Below, piece by piece: positions 1-13,224 of a stretch of DNA of 38,726 nt. The stretch comes from Rhizaria sp. SCN 62-66 (Eukaryota), in NCBI GenBank assembly GCA_001724265.1, contig MEDY01000115.1, forward strand, positions 62,001 to 100,726, written 5' to 3'. A program made the translations under genes and the position numbers. Position 1 is the first letter of the stretch. Each line of letters opens with the position of its first letter. The notes beneath the pieces are model-generated. The model did not search any database. It was not told the DNA's origin and saw only the letters and a list, made by a program, of their open reading frames with translations.

Positions 1-1179
1 GATATTGGGACTCTTGTTCATCAACACGCTTGCCTTGGTGATTGCATTCGTATTATTCGTGTTTGATGCAAGATAATGATGTGAAGCGTGCTGACGGTAG
101 TCTTGGGCGTACGTGCTATACATCAACGAGAGTAGCTTCATTGGTGCAAACGCATTCACCGCCAGAGTGCGCTCCCACTCACTCATCTGAGGTTGAGTGT
201 TCGTCGCGTCTAAGGGGGTACTTAGAGCGGGGTTAGCCTTCGACCAAGCAGGACCCGTCGTCACTCTACCGGCGTTGCTAATGATGACATGTGGCAGAGC
301 AACACTATCCTGGCCCAAAGCAGCCGCAGCAGCAATGACACTGACACTAGCAGCAGCTGCTGCAACATCAACTTTGGCTGCTGTTGTTGTGAATGCGGGG
401 GTGGTGGCGAGAGGCAAGGCACGCCATGCCGCTGCGAGCGCACTGGAATCAGCCACATCGACGACAAACGCCGTCACAAAGACGTCATTTTTCGGAACCA
501 CGGGCTCGGGGAACGCAGCTGGCACGGCGGGGTAGTACGCATCGGCAGATTTAGGGCTTGCAAAAACATCATCGTCATCGTCAGCGTTGGTCTCGTCGTT
601 GTCGTTGGTGATGACGACACAGTCACTTGCTGTTGTCGGAACTGTGCCAGGCGCAATCTCAATGTCACCAGCAGTACCACAAATCTTAACACAAGGCACG
701 TGCTTATGAGTCGGTCTAGTGCCATTGCTGTCTTTACAGTTGTGCTTTGAGCGCGGCTTTGCGGAGGCAATGTGTCGTTCGAAGAGGGTGACTCGACAGC
801 CTTGCTTGATGAGAGCAGTGCAGAGCTTCCGGAGCGCGGGCTCGTCGTTATCCCAGAGAACAACGTGACGCGCACCGGCGTCAAGAACACGGCGAGCGAG
901 GAGCACGCCGAGACCTCCGGCAGCGCCAGTTAAGAGGACAGTTTGCGAGGCCAAAGGGGGCAATCCGATAGCACCTTCTTTGCTGACGGTGCCAGCACTG
1001 GGGAGAAATGAGGAGAAGATACGTGTGCGCATTTTGAGATATAACGCATATAGCGGTTCGGCAGCGTGTAGTAATATGACGACAGTAAGTGCGCATAATG
1101 TGGCAACGCCAGTCGCGTGCACGAGGGCGTCTAAAAGCCCCATGAGCCACTGCGCTGCTCCTGCGCGAACTGAAGGCAT
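1..1179 (-). CDS. Short-chain dehydrogenase/reductase (classical SDR, retinol/17b-HSD-like); 3' end lies outside the window
   Basis: Manual translation from ATG 1179 is open to the window edge, so the ORF track missed it. It shows an N-terminal hydrophobic segment, the Rossmann motif TVLLTGAAGGLG, VVLWD, VDVAD, VIISNAG and EWERTLAVNAFAP. The catalytic YxxxK would be beyond the edge. Confidence 0.85.
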   Translation of the reverse strand, partial: MPSVRAGAAQWLMGLLDALVHATGVATLCALTVVILLHAAEPLYALYLKMRTRIFSSFLPSAGTVSKEGAIGLPPLASQTVLLTGAAGGLGVLLARRVLDAGARHVVLWDNDEPALRKLCTALIKQGCRVTLFERHIASAKPRSKHNCKDSNGTRPTHKHVPCVKICGTAGDIEIAPGTVPTTASDCVVITNDNDETNADDDDDVFASPKSADAYYPAVPAAFPEPVVPKNDVFVTAFVVDVADSSALAAAWRALPLATTPAFTTTAAKVDVAAAAASVSVIAAAAALGQDSVALPHVIISNAGRVTTGPAWSKANPALSTPLDATNTQPQMSEWERTLAVNAFAPMKLLSLMYSTYAQDYRQHASHHYLASNTNNTNAITKASVLMNKSPNI

Positions 1180-1553
1180 GAAAGTGTCGGGGAAGTGAAG
1201 CATAATGAGAAATTAAAGGAATTAAATAACAAATTTAAAATGTATATGTGTAACTAAAACTAAGTATCACTTGATCATTTCTTTTGACGATCGCAACCGA
1301 AAGATAACGTGGAAAACAAAACATCCCTTCCTTCACTGGCTCCAGCCGTACTGAAGACTCAAAGGAAACATCAAAAATTGCGGTATTTTAACATAAACTC
1401 ACTCAACTTGCGTTGGTATGACACAAATCTCCGTGTTCTGCTTGTGGCGGTTATCTCACACACTATAGCAAGATTTAATACTGATATGGAGCTATATAGG
1501 CCTCATTTTTTCTTGCTTCACGCTTGGTTGCGATCGTCTTTTCTCACCCACTG

Positions 1554-4500
1554 TTAATCAAGTTTGTCGTTCTTATCATTGTTCTTCTTGTTCGCAAGAG
1601 AGTGCAGCGTCTGCCCTAACGGCGTGCGCGCAGGCACTCCCTTGAACTCAACCTCAGTGCTTGCAACTCGAGAGCTACTGGTGACACTTGGGCTCTCGCT
1701 CACATCACCTCTATCACTGATGCTGCTGTTGTTGTACGCGTCGCCGTCATCGATAATGGGCGCCTGACCCTCAGGCGTGGTGCTGAAGTACTCCGCAACT
1801 TTGTTATAGTACGGGTCAACCGGAGGCCGCTTCGTTAAAATGCTGTGCAACACGTCCTTATCGTCGGCACTACTGATGTCGTCGGATGTGTCATCGTCAG
1901 CTGCGACAGCATCCATGCTCGACGCAATATCACCGCTGGCAGTACCAGTGTTGACAGCGTTGTTGTTGCTAGCAGCGAAGACACCGGCGGAGGCACCGGT
2001 CGTCGTTAACATGCACTCGCTCTTGCGGTTGTTGCTGAGGTTATTTGTGTTGTTGCTGCTCGCGTTGCCAAAGATAGCGCCGAGGCTATTCGCTGCAGCG
2101 TTGGGAAGCGGACCCGATGCGACCTGGGACAGCATTGCCGCTAATACAGTAATGTCGTTCTGTTCACTCTTCTTCGCGTCAGCACCGCGGACAATAGCAG
2201 AGCCGTTCTTCGCACCGCCGTTGTCGTTCGCTGTCGCCGCAATGGTCGCGGAGAGACTGGAAGACCGGTCAGAGACTGCGGCTGCAGCAGCAGCAGCGGC
2301 CAGGACAGCAATCGTAGCAGCGTCGATGTCAGTGTTGCTAAGTGATCCCGAAGCAAATGCATCACTCTTCGCTGTAGCGGAAACAGCGTTGGTAGTATTG
2401 GGGACATTCAACACGGTGTCAGGAACACGCTTAGTAGTCTTGTTGTTGTTGCCGTTGTTGTTATCAGTGGTATCAATACCAGGCTGCGTATGAGGGTGCA
2501 CAGCCAAAACACCAGGTACAAACGCGTACGACTTGCTGTGGGCGCTCATGCTCGCAGCAGACGTGTTCTCATTGCTCTTGCTCGCCTCAGGGGCACTATT
2601 TGGAGCAGCAGCAGCAGGAGGAGCAGCAGGAGGAGTAACCGCGCTTGAGCTGTAGTTGTTAACGCTAACCGTCTCCGTCTTAGCAGCCACAGCGTCATAG
2701 CTAACAGCTGTACCGTTGGCACTGACATTAGCCCTCACGCTCACGGTTGTACTCGCACTTACACTGCCGGCATCATTTTCAGCATTCGACGTGGACTTAA
2801 TGTGTGTGTCCGCAGTGATGCTCATGCTATGACTCGCGACATTGTTTGCGCTCGTGTTAACAATTGTCGCTGTTGGAGTCGAAGTTGTCGTTGACGTCGT
2901 TGTATGTGTCGTTACTGTCTCAGCCACAGTCTCACCCCTTGCCTCGGCCTCCGCACGCTCTTTCGCAGCCATCGCCACCGCCGCCGCCGCCCGCGCCGCC
3001 GCCGCGGCCTCGGCAGCCTTGGCCTCGGCCTCAGCTTTGGCCTTGGCGGCAGCGGCGCGGCGGCGCCGGGACGTCGGTGCGTGCGCCTCCAAGTCAACGT
3101 GCGTGAACGCCGGGTATTGGGCGCGGATGCCGCGCTCGATACGGTCGACCTCGTGGCCAACCTCTTGCACTGCGGCGTCGCCAAACTGCAGCAGTAGCGC
3201 TTCAGCGGCAGCGCGGGAGAGACCGGTCACGGGGCGAGGCGCGAGCAACGCGGCGACGGCGGGTGGCAGCTGCGACTGCAGTGACAGAAACGTGTTCGCA
3301 GAGCCAGAACTCGTGGAAGCGCCAGTATTGCTTTGCGTGATATTATCCGCTGCAGTTTCTTGAGACAATGCTCCAGACTCTGATTGAGACTGAGACTGAG
3401 GCTGGGGCTGACGCTGAGACTCGAGTTGTGATGCCTCCTCCTTCTCTTGCTTTGCCTTAAGCCGAGCAGCTTCTTCCTGAGCAAACAGGAACTGCGCAGC
3501 GACAGTCAGCCTCTCAACACGCGCACGCTCTTTAGCCTGCGCCTCTGCTAAACTGCCACGTTGCAGCAAGTGAATGATCCGGCGACCGGCGATAGCGCCG
3601 TCTGAGTTTGGCAAGTTAGGCCGCCACCCTTCTGGAAAGTTAGGCCGCGTCGACCCATCCGTCTGCGAGCTCTGCGCAGCCTGAGACTGGGCCTGCGACT
3701 GAGAAGTAGAGACAAGAGCGGTGACGGGAGGCGGAGGTCCATATAGAACTTGCTGCGCCAACTGATGTCCGTTGAACTGCAGCTCACCTTTGAACCGCGT
3801 ATCTTCAGGCCCGTAGCTGATCGCCTTGAGGTCGTGAATCGCGACGACAGAGGGCCGCGCAAAGACCACATCAGTGACACCGGCGAGAGTCTCACGGTCC
3901 ACCGACCGGCCCGTGAGCATATTGAGATTGCGCTTGATGAGAAACCCAGCGACGAAGCCCATTCCAGTGCCGACGATGAGCGTGCCCGCAGTGTCCCAGA
4001 GGCAGTTCCCAGTGACGTGGGTGAGGTAGAGTGACCCCATCGCAACGCACAGCGAGCTGACCGCGGCGGCGTCCTCGATGACGACGGCGATGGCGGTGGT
4101 GTCGCTGCCTTCGCGCATGTACTGCATGAACCCCATGCCGCGGCCGCGGCGCTCTTTCTTGGCGAGCGTGCGGACGACCTGCACTGCGTAGAGCAACGTC
4201 GCTGATTCGACGACGAATGAGCCGGCCAAGACGACAACAGTGAGCAGGCTGAGGTCGACGTCATGGGTACCCAGGAACAGTTGACCCACGCCGTGGTACA
4301 GTGTGGCACCGCAACCAAGGAAGAAAACACCAGTCGCTGAAACCAGCGCATACGCAAAGCGGGCGGGTGCGTGGCCATAAGGGTGAATCTGTTTCACGCC
4401 AAAACAAAAGTAATAAACGAGAGTGAGAAGCAGCCATTTCAGTTCAACAGGATATTTAACGCACTGGACTAAATAAAGCTCCAATTTAAAATAAAGGTGT

Positions 4501-5247
4501 GTCAAATAGTTGAACTTGACAATAGTTGTAAATTTGATGTGATATAACGAACCTGAGTGGGCTCCTTGGCAGACTCACGAATACCAATCATCAGCAAGAC
4601 CTGATTCGCCGTGTCAACAAGCGAATGCAGCGCCTCGGCAAACATGACACCAGAGCCAGAGTACCACGCTGCAAGCAGCTTCCCCACAAACACAACGCCG
4701 TTGCCTGCGATGGCAGTGGCGACCGAGGCAGCTGTGAGGTGGGCGTCGGGCAGCGTCGAGCTCGTTTTGCGCGCGTTTTCTTGTTCTTCGTCCACCAACG
4801 CGCGCGTGTCGTCAAGCTCCACAGAGGTAAGCGCCGCGCGAGGGTTCACCAAGTACAGGTTCGGGTTTGAGCTCGAGCCGACAGTGGCGGCGGCGGTGGC
4901 AGCGGAGGCGGCCGCGGCGGCGGCGGTTGCGGCCGCATGAGCTGCCGCCAGCGCGGCGGCTGTGGCGGCTGACTCGGTGGCAGTCTGCTCGTGGCGTTGG
5001 CGCCGCTCCTGCCTGCGCATAGCACGGTAGCTGGACAGTGTGGACGCGTTGGCGCTAGGCGTGTGAGTGCTATTGTAGCCGTCACTGTTGTTCAGGTTAC
5101 TGCTGCTCTGTCCGCTCGTGATAGCGTTGTTGTTGGAGTTAGTCGAGCTGATGGTGTTGCTCTTATCGTTGCTATGGTTGGCGTTGGCGTTATCTGAGCT
5201 GGCATCGGACTGCGGCTGTAGCCGTGGCGGCGACTGAGACGGCTGCT

Positions 5248-5278
<31 letters not shown>

Positions 5279-6028
5279 GCCTGAAGAGATCGTGTTGTTA
5301 GCCGGCGAGGGAATGCCGTAAGGAACACGGTTGCCGCGTGCAAAGCGGCTGTTGCTGAGCCAACCAACGCCTGCATCGGTGAGGCTGCCGCTACTGCTGC
5401 TCGGTAAGTTTGCGTTGAGACTATTGCCACGCAAAAGCCTGCGCCAGCCCTTGTTAACGTCGGCGCCAGGGCTTGCACTACCGCTGTTGTTACGACTAGC
5501 GTCATCGTAGTTTGAGCCAGAGCTGGAGGTTGAGTAGCAGCGTTGTTGCGTGCTGTGGCAGTTGTAGTGGGCACTAGTACTGCTGAAGCGTGTCACACGA
5601 GCATAAGCAGGAGAGCGGCTGTGAGTCGACATGCGAGCAGAGTAAAGCAGGTCGCTGCTAGCATTAGTATACAGCGGAGTTATTGGACCTAAAACACATG
5701 TTGTGGCGGTTGTAATAGGGCTACGAGAGTTGCACTGTGTGACAACAGACGACGACGCTGATGTTGTTAACGTTGCAGTTGCAACAGCGTGGAGTCGGGA
5801 GTGATGCGAGACGATACCATGTGCGCGGGAAGAAAGCGTGCGCACACTGTGCATACGGCGTGGTGCTGTGTACTCACTGCCGTGGGTGGCGCTCGGAGCA
5901 GAAGAAGCGCACGTGCGCAGAAGACGGGTAAGGATAACAAGGCGGGGTTTGACCAAGTCGCGCGCGGCTGTCTTTGCAAGTCTATAACAGGGACAAGACA
6001 GAGTACTGAAAAGCTGAAACCTACGCAT
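1554..6028 (-). CDS. SLC30A9: Cation diffusion facilitator, SLC30A9/ZnT9 (plant MTP7)-like zinc transporter, probably mitochondrial; about 1436 aa
   Basis: Exons 6028-4553 and 4388-1554, with a GTTCGT...CAG intron at 4552-4389 that joins KEPTQ|IHPYGH. Motifs are AEALHSLVDTANQVLL, VVIEDAAAV, WDTAGTLIVG, RFKGELQFNG and EVDRIERGIRAQYPAFTHVDLE. The N-terminus is Arg/Ser-rich and presequence-like, and the exact start Met is uncertain. Stop TAA. Confidence 0.85.
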
Positions 6029-6880
6029 CAGACGGTGAATGTAATTTTAAGCAAGCTGAGAGTATGCCTGTTTGTTATATGCAAATGAAACATGCTGATA
6101 GGCCTGGTAAAGTAGGCCGGATGCAGGATCTGCATGACGTTGTCGGCTCACTTGCCGAGGGTACCTCGCATGGTATATCACAGAATGAAAAATGCTAAGT
6201 AAATGCCTAAATATCACCCCGTAAATTCAGTACACTTCAAAGATAATTACCGCTATACACGGCGATTAGAGTGCACTGTAGTGTGTTAAGTCTGGGCCAC
6301 TGACGTGTCGAGAGTGCAGACGGCCTTTAACAAAGCGAGAAGTAATCCTTTTAGTTTATCAGCGCCAGGCTGTGTGCGACCTAAGACGAAGACGGTCGTC
6401 TCGCCGCTCTGGAAAGCGATCTAGCGCAATTTTCTGACAAAATATTACGCTGCCATTGTACATTTAGTTGACCTATTGCTTTGTTCACATGGAAACCGAT
6501 AACGATTGCTGTTTTACGCTTGTAGTGAGCCGCTAGAATAATTTTTATTGAGGCCCATAGCTGAGCCGTTTTTGCAAGTGACTATTTCCGCTCCGGGCCA
6601 ATATGCGCCCGCCACAACGAATGCCTTCTAATGCAGCGCTTTCTACAGGCATTTCCTTACCTGTTATTCACAATTTGCGCTTTATTTTATCCTGCTCAGA
6701 CTTTCTTCTCTTCCACAAACCCGACTTGCTCGCCTGGCAGCCCCTCGCCTCTCCCCACCACCACAGACCACAACCCCGCCATTTCCCTGGCCTGGCTCGG
6801 CCCCGCGCTCCCCCGCACCCACTCCTCCCTCCTTCGCCGCGTGTTTCCTCGCGTTTTGCTCGCTTTCCACAAGGACTACG

Positions 6881-9800
6881 ATGGGTTGCGGCGCGTCCAC
6901 CCCCGTCGCCGTGCGCGATGTTGACATCGGCACCCGCGAAAGACAGCTCAAAGCGCGCTTCACGCCCACCTACGTGCCCCGCGACTCGAGCGACACGTCC
7001 GTGCTGCTCAAGGTGCTCGAGCAGGCGCAGGGCGGCGTGTTTAAGCGCCGCGCACCCGGTTCCAACGGCACGGGCTCCGGCGAGGCCTCTTCCTTCGTCA
7101 GCGCTCTCGACAGTTTTGATAGCGACGACGGCCTGTCGTCAAAGCGCATGCAACGCTTCGGCAACGCAAACCTGCTCGCCTCGCGCCGCGGCAACATCTC
7201 CGGCGACTCCAGCGCCGGCGGCGCCTCGTCCGACACCGGCCGATCTGGCAGCGCGCGCCCACAGTTACGGAGCTCTCTCGCCGCACCGGCGCCGTCGTCC
7301 GCATCCCCGGGCCGATCCCCGCCCGTGACTCCCAGCGGCGGCGGCAGCAACCTCACCGCCAGCTCCAGCGGCTCCCGCGGCCGCGGCAGCAGCGGCAGCG
7401 GCGGCGGGCGCCAAGCGCAACAGCCCGCGGGCGCGACCGTCCTCGCGCCCGGCACGCCCTCTGTCGACGGGCTCTTCACGGAGTACGGATTCTCCGGGAA
7501 GTCCGTCGTCGCCCGCCTCACGCGCCACCCCATCGGTCTGCTGCATTACTGGACATTTTTGCACTACCTCGACTTGGAGTCAGCGGCTGCGGTGTGTTCG
7601 TTGAACGCGCTCACGGCCGTGGCCTCAGCGGCGGCGCCGCCGATGACTGCCGCGCAGGCACGGGCGGGTGGCCGCACAGCCGCTAACGGCTACAACAGTC
7701 AGGGCAGTCTCGGCACAGGTGTCCCCGGTGCGACTGCCGAGGACGCGCCCTACGAGGTGTTGCTGCTGCTGTATCTGCAGCTGGACAAGCTCTTCAGGTT
7801 TGGTACCATCCCTCCCGTGACACGCAACCCCTTTGGCCGCATCGTGCACGTCGAGTACAACGACGCCGCGTCTGCGGACGAAGCTGCCGCGCAGGCACAG
7901 GCGAACAGCAACAGCGCCAACGGCAGCGGCAAAGCCACCACCGCCGCGGCCGTTGCAGCCGATCCAGCCGCGGATAAGCAGCAAAAGGAGCGCACAATGC
8001 ACTTGCAGTTCATGCGGGACCAGTACTACAAGCAGTTCGCAGCCATCCGCAGCCACCGCGTGTTCTACCAAACGCTCGCGGAGACGGCTGAACGCATCCA
8101 GACCTCGTTCTGCGGCGGCTCGCAGGCGGCTGGCTCGTGCACGCTGATGTCGCACCCGCAGTACGCCCCCAACGCGTCATTGCGCGCTCTGACTCGCGTG
8201 CTGCCCAGTGAGTGTGTGGGCGATCTCGCCCGGTCGTTGGTCTACTACAGCAACGCGACGAAGGAGATTCTCGCGGCCGTCACCGCCATCGAGCGTGAGC
8301 ACCGCGATACCGTCGCCGAGATCGACACCGCCGTTGCGGCCGCCGTCGCCGCAGGCGCTGACGTGGGCGCCGCTCTAGCCAAGTTCAGGTTCTCCGCCGT
8401 CGCCAGCGATACCTTCTACGAGCTCGAGCTCGAAGGGCGCGCGCACACCGATCTCAACCCTCTCGCGCGCTTTTCGTTCGGCGGCGTCCGTGACAGCACG
8501 GCTGGCGGCGACCCCGCGGCCTCCGCCGCCGCGCTCGCCGCCGCCGCCACGGCCGCGGCCGCCGGCGTCGTCGGTAAACACGGGCGCCGCGTCGATTGCA
8601 CGCAGTCTCGGCTGCTGCGGCAGGGCGCCGCGGCGAACCCGCGTGCGTATGCGTTCTTAGCGCTTGTTAACGCGCCCAAGGCGCCGTATATCCCTGATTT
8701 AGGCGTGCTCTTCGCTCGCGAACGCGTGCTTGAGGTCCTTAGCGAGCACACAATCGCTCCTTTTCTCCGCTCGACGCTGTACAAGGGCCTCGCGTCGACG
8801 CTGATCACCGCCTGCGCCGCGCGCCGCGGCACCGGCAGCGACGCCTCGGCCCGCGGCGCCTCGGCCTCGGCGGCGCACGGCAGCAGCTCGAACCTCGCGG
8901 CTGCCAACAGGACGATGCTGCCGCTGTCAGCTGCTGTGCCGCAGTCGGCCGCCGCGCTGATGTCGCCGCCGCCGCAGCTGATCCTGCTCGAAACGATGAA
9001 GGCCGCTGGCTACGCCGCGTGGCTCGGCTACGCGCCGGGGCCCATGCTGTTCACGGCCGCCGTCGCCGCGAGCGCGAGCAGTGCCCGCGGCTCCCAGTCG
9101 GTCAAGGACGCCAACGCGACGACGACGGCGATGGTGATGTCCGGGCTCGGCGCCGGCGTCGTTGTCCCCGGGGCGAGCAATACCATGCCGCTGTCGCCGC
9201 GCGGCACGGGCAGCTTCAGTGCGACTGGCGGTCCGCGCGCCATCGTGCTCCGCGAAGCCGGCAGCGGTGGCAGCGGCAGCAACGCAAACCATAACCAAGT
9301 TGCGCGAGATGAAGCCAAGTCGTTCCCGCACGGGCCGAAGCTGCCGCCGCTAGCGTATGACCTCAGCAAGGTGACCGTTGCGCGCGAGGCGCTCAAGAGC
9401 TACTGCCACGCTGTACCGATGTTGCCGCATAATGTTGGCGTGTGTGTTATCTCGCTTTTGGCAGAATCGCCCAATCACGAGGCGTTTTGGCAGTACAAGC
9501 GCGCTATGTACGCCCACCAGCAGCACATCGCGGCCAATTTACCGCGCGGCTCTGCACCGTGGACCCCCACAGCGCCGGTGCCGCCCACGATGGAGCCGCC
9601 CAACACGCTCCGCGTCGTATACTGCAACGCCGAGTTTGCGGCGCTGTCGGGCGGACTCGCTCAGTACGCGAACTCGGCGGGCGGCGCGTCTGCGGCGGCT
9701 GCGGCGGCGGCGGCGAGTGATGGCGGACACCACAATAATGTCGCCAACTCTTCGGCTGCGTCTATCATGGCATCAATTGCCGCACAGGTACGCCGACTTT

Positions 9801-11325
9801 TCGCACGAATATCAAAGATATCACCAAATTTTTGATTGATATATGTTGAAAATAAGTAGGTTTATAATGTTTCCTGTTGTTTCATTTTCATACGACTCTC
9901 ACTAATGACATCTGTAATTCATTGTTTCCTTTTGCTCTTTAGGCTAACATGGGTCGTCGCCCCTTCACCGCTGCGGGCGACGGCCTCGGCTCCGTCACCG
10001 TACGCCCGGGCACCGCGCTTGGCGGGCTCTTTGGCCCCGGCGTGTCGAGCGCGAGCATGGCCGGCAACAACTCCGGCGGCGGCGGCGGCGCCGGGTACAT
10101 CAACGTTCTCGGTCGTGACTACCGTGACCTGTTCGCGACTGGGGAAGGCAAGGCGGAGCTGATTGCGAAGATGACGTCGCTGCAGACGATTCACACCGTG
10201 ACACGGCTGTGTTCGGCGTCTGGCAGCGAGTCGACCCCTGTGGTGATTGCAATGAAGCCGGTGTTCATGCGTGCGAGTCTGGGGCCCAAGCAACCCGTCC
10301 GCAAGCCTGGTATGTATCTCTAGCAAAATACCACATACCAAATATATAATTAAATATTTCGTGCAATAACAGTGTATTATAACTACATATCCAACTTTAG
10401 TTTGAATTTCTCACATCTATAACTTCTATTGCTCGATTGTTGATTGTTTCTTGTTTACAGGAATGGCTAGTACTCAACTGGCGCCCGGTGAGTTGCCCGA
10501 TAACGTGCGCTCCGCCGCCGCTGCCGACCCAGATACTCTCGTTTCCGAGTCCAAGGCCCATGGCACGACGTTCTTCTCTCCTCTATTCTATATTGCCGTT
10601 GCTTTCCGTCTGCATGCGCCTGCTGACGCCGCCCACCTCACGCCCCAGGTACGAAAAATCAGAATAATTAATTTGTCGATATCCCGCGTATTTGTGGATC
10701 TAACAAGATTATATTACATGTGTTTGTAATTTACACATGTTTGGTTTGTTTATTATATGCATATCTTGGTGATAGTATCTCACGTTTTGTGTTACCTTTG
10801 TTTTTCAATGCTTAACCTCAATAGGGTGTGCCGACGAGCGGTTTCGCCGATTTCGCAGCGTTCCACCCTTCCGCCGCGCACTCTGCACTCGACTTCGTTG
10901 GTGGCGCTACTCTTGGTCTACTCCCTGGTCTCCAGGCCGCGCCAGAGGGCCAGGGCACAGGCCGTTTCGCGCGCGCCAACGGCGCCGGCGGTGTCCTGTC
11001 CCAGCACTTGATGACAGGTACGTACGGCGTGATCGACGCGGCGTCCCGCGGCGCATGCACCGGCGCCGGCTGCTCCACCGCCGCCGTTGATTCTAACGCG
11101 GGCAGCAACAACGGCGCACAGGCCAGTCACACGCGCCGTGGCAGCGCCGCTATGTACGGGGGAGGTGGCGGCGGCTCGAGCTCCGAGGGGCCCGAAGACC
11201 GTGCTGAGCGCGTGTTGCGCGGTATGAGTGATCTAGACCAAGAGGCGCTGTTGCAGGCGCGGTGGGCGCATGATACAGCGTGGTTGAACCTGTTCCCTGA
11301 TGTGCACAACGTCAATATCGCGTAA
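6881..11325 (+). CDS. N-myristoylated/palmitoylated signalling protein with RGS-like and PAS-like domains; about 1320 aa
   Basis: Exons 6881-9787, 9943-10309, 10461-10648 and 10825-11325 are all GT-AG and phase-compatible; stop TAA. The N-terminus is MGCGAS. RGS-like helices are LTRHPIGLLHYWTFL, LLLLYLQLDKL, AERIQTSFC and ARERVLEVLSEHTIAPFLRSTLYKGL. PAS-like segments are LRVVYCNAEFAALSG and VLGRDYRDLF. The gene structure is well supported; the domain calls are by eye. Confidence 0.65.
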
Positions 11326-13224
11326 ATTATCACTCACTGAAACACTGCCTAACACGCAGACGGTTGGTGAAACGGTGTATAGATAGATTTGATTCCAAAC
11401 GTGTGTAAGGTCAACTATTGGGTGTGCCGCGTTGGTATATGCGTGTGTCGTGTTGCTGTAGCTGGATTCGCGTTGCTGTCAATACGATTGTCTCTGTTTA
11501 TAAACGTTTTTGTTTGTTTCTCTTTTTGTTCTGTACCAATTATTCGCTTTCTTTTTTTCTCTGTCATTTTTTTCTTGATACCGCGACGACGCTTCAAACG
11601 AGTCAAATCGAACCAATTTTCCCGCACTTGCTGTTGCTGAGAGTTGATGCTGTGGTCGTCAATGTGCCAAGATCGTTGTCGTGTTTAGTTTCTCGGTTTC
11701 TTCTTCTTTTTAGGTTTGTGCTGTCTTTTGTTGTGTCTCTAACTTCTCAATCCGCCATGTTTAATAATGGTCACTCTAATGTGTCATTGTTAGCCATATC
11801 TAAAGATACTAGATGATATAAGTTGTTTACGTTTAGTTCGTAGTCCCAACCAGTCTCAGTTTCTGTCTCTGTCCCGGTATACCAGTCTAATCGTTTATTC
11901 AAGGCAAGTTCACAAAACAATCTGTTGTCGAAGCTCGCAACTCCTTCATTTCAAGTGGGTGACTGGTGTTGTGAAGTAGTTCTATAATACGTACTTACGC
12001 ACAAAATCAAATCGAAACAACACCAAACAAACACGTAATGTGCTATTTTTAACTCGACTCAAACCGTGGTTACACGTGCGCCTACTAAGGCGCACAAAGC
12101 ATGGGTAACTCTTTTAAAAAGCTTTCGTACAAAGAATAAGAGGAGAGTCATCATAGGCACACATTGTGGAAAGACATTGGAAGTAATCTCTTGTTGTTAA
12201 GACGTATGTTGGCTTTGGGTTTACTTTCAACCCAAAGTAATGTGTGTCGCAACTGTGCTGCTTGATTTCCTGCTTGATTTCGTGTTGTCACCAAACAATG
12301 ACTTGCGTTTTCCATTCAAAAGTGTTTTCGTTCCCTGATTTGCCTTGTTCTTCTTCTTTTTTCTTCTACTTAGATTGAACTATTATACCCAAACACCAAA
12401 TTATCCTCCTGTACAGCCACCATTTTAGTCGTTTTATCGCCATCATCACCACTGTCATCGTAATCGTTAGTTGTGTGTAAACTTATGTAGTACGTCCGTA
12501 TATACCGTTTACATGTTTCTAAAATCCCGTCTAAAACTCCTCTTATATCATTTTTCTTGTGTACATCGGTGCATATATGCTCTTACTTGATTACATTTGC
12601 GTTTGTAATACACATGACATGTTACTTCACTCATATTAGACATGCAAATGATCCGTTGGTGTTGCAATGGTAATGTATGATTATGTTGATGTGTGGGGAC
12701 TGCTATATAAAATAAGCTTAATATAAGAAGGAAACTTAACTTGCATAAACCCAGCATATGTGCGAGGTCAATACGTACTTAAGAATCGTCACGAAGACAA
12801 AGCAAAGGTATGTTGCACAAAAGCGCTCCAACAAAATGTGACTCAGAAGCATGTGACAAGCTCATTCTAGTGCGATGGCTGACAAACATAAACACACAAT
12901 CAGAACGCATTATAATAAAACAAACGACTAAACATGCGAAAATTCAGTCACCGAAATGTACAAGTTTGAACATAAAAAATATACTCGCAATTGAGAGTAA
13001 AGCAGCATTCACACACGCTTACACACGCATGGCGGTGCGAGCGTTCCTGAAAAAAGAACGCTTACATCATCACGGCCACACAAACAGGGGGCAAGTTCGA
13101 CACACAGTTACTTAAACTTTGATTTAGAGCTCGATTGTGACTGTGACGTAGCTTGCGAGTGGGCTTCCGACTCTTCTGGAGAACGCGCGATAGGATTGCT
13201 CTTATTCGCGGCAGCGGCGGATAG

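Noticed and set aside
10090-10140. LOV blue-light photoreceptor call for the PAS-like segment
   Set aside because: GRDYRDLF lacks the NCRFLQ photoactive cysteine motif.
11326-13224. Short ORFs in the AT-rich region between the convergent RGS-PAS and ceramidase genes, and similar ones at 35500-37600
   Set aside because: They are Phe/Leu/Cys- or Lys-rich translations of T- or A-rich UTR-like DNA with no motifs. I recognised no RNA gene or transposon signature by eye.
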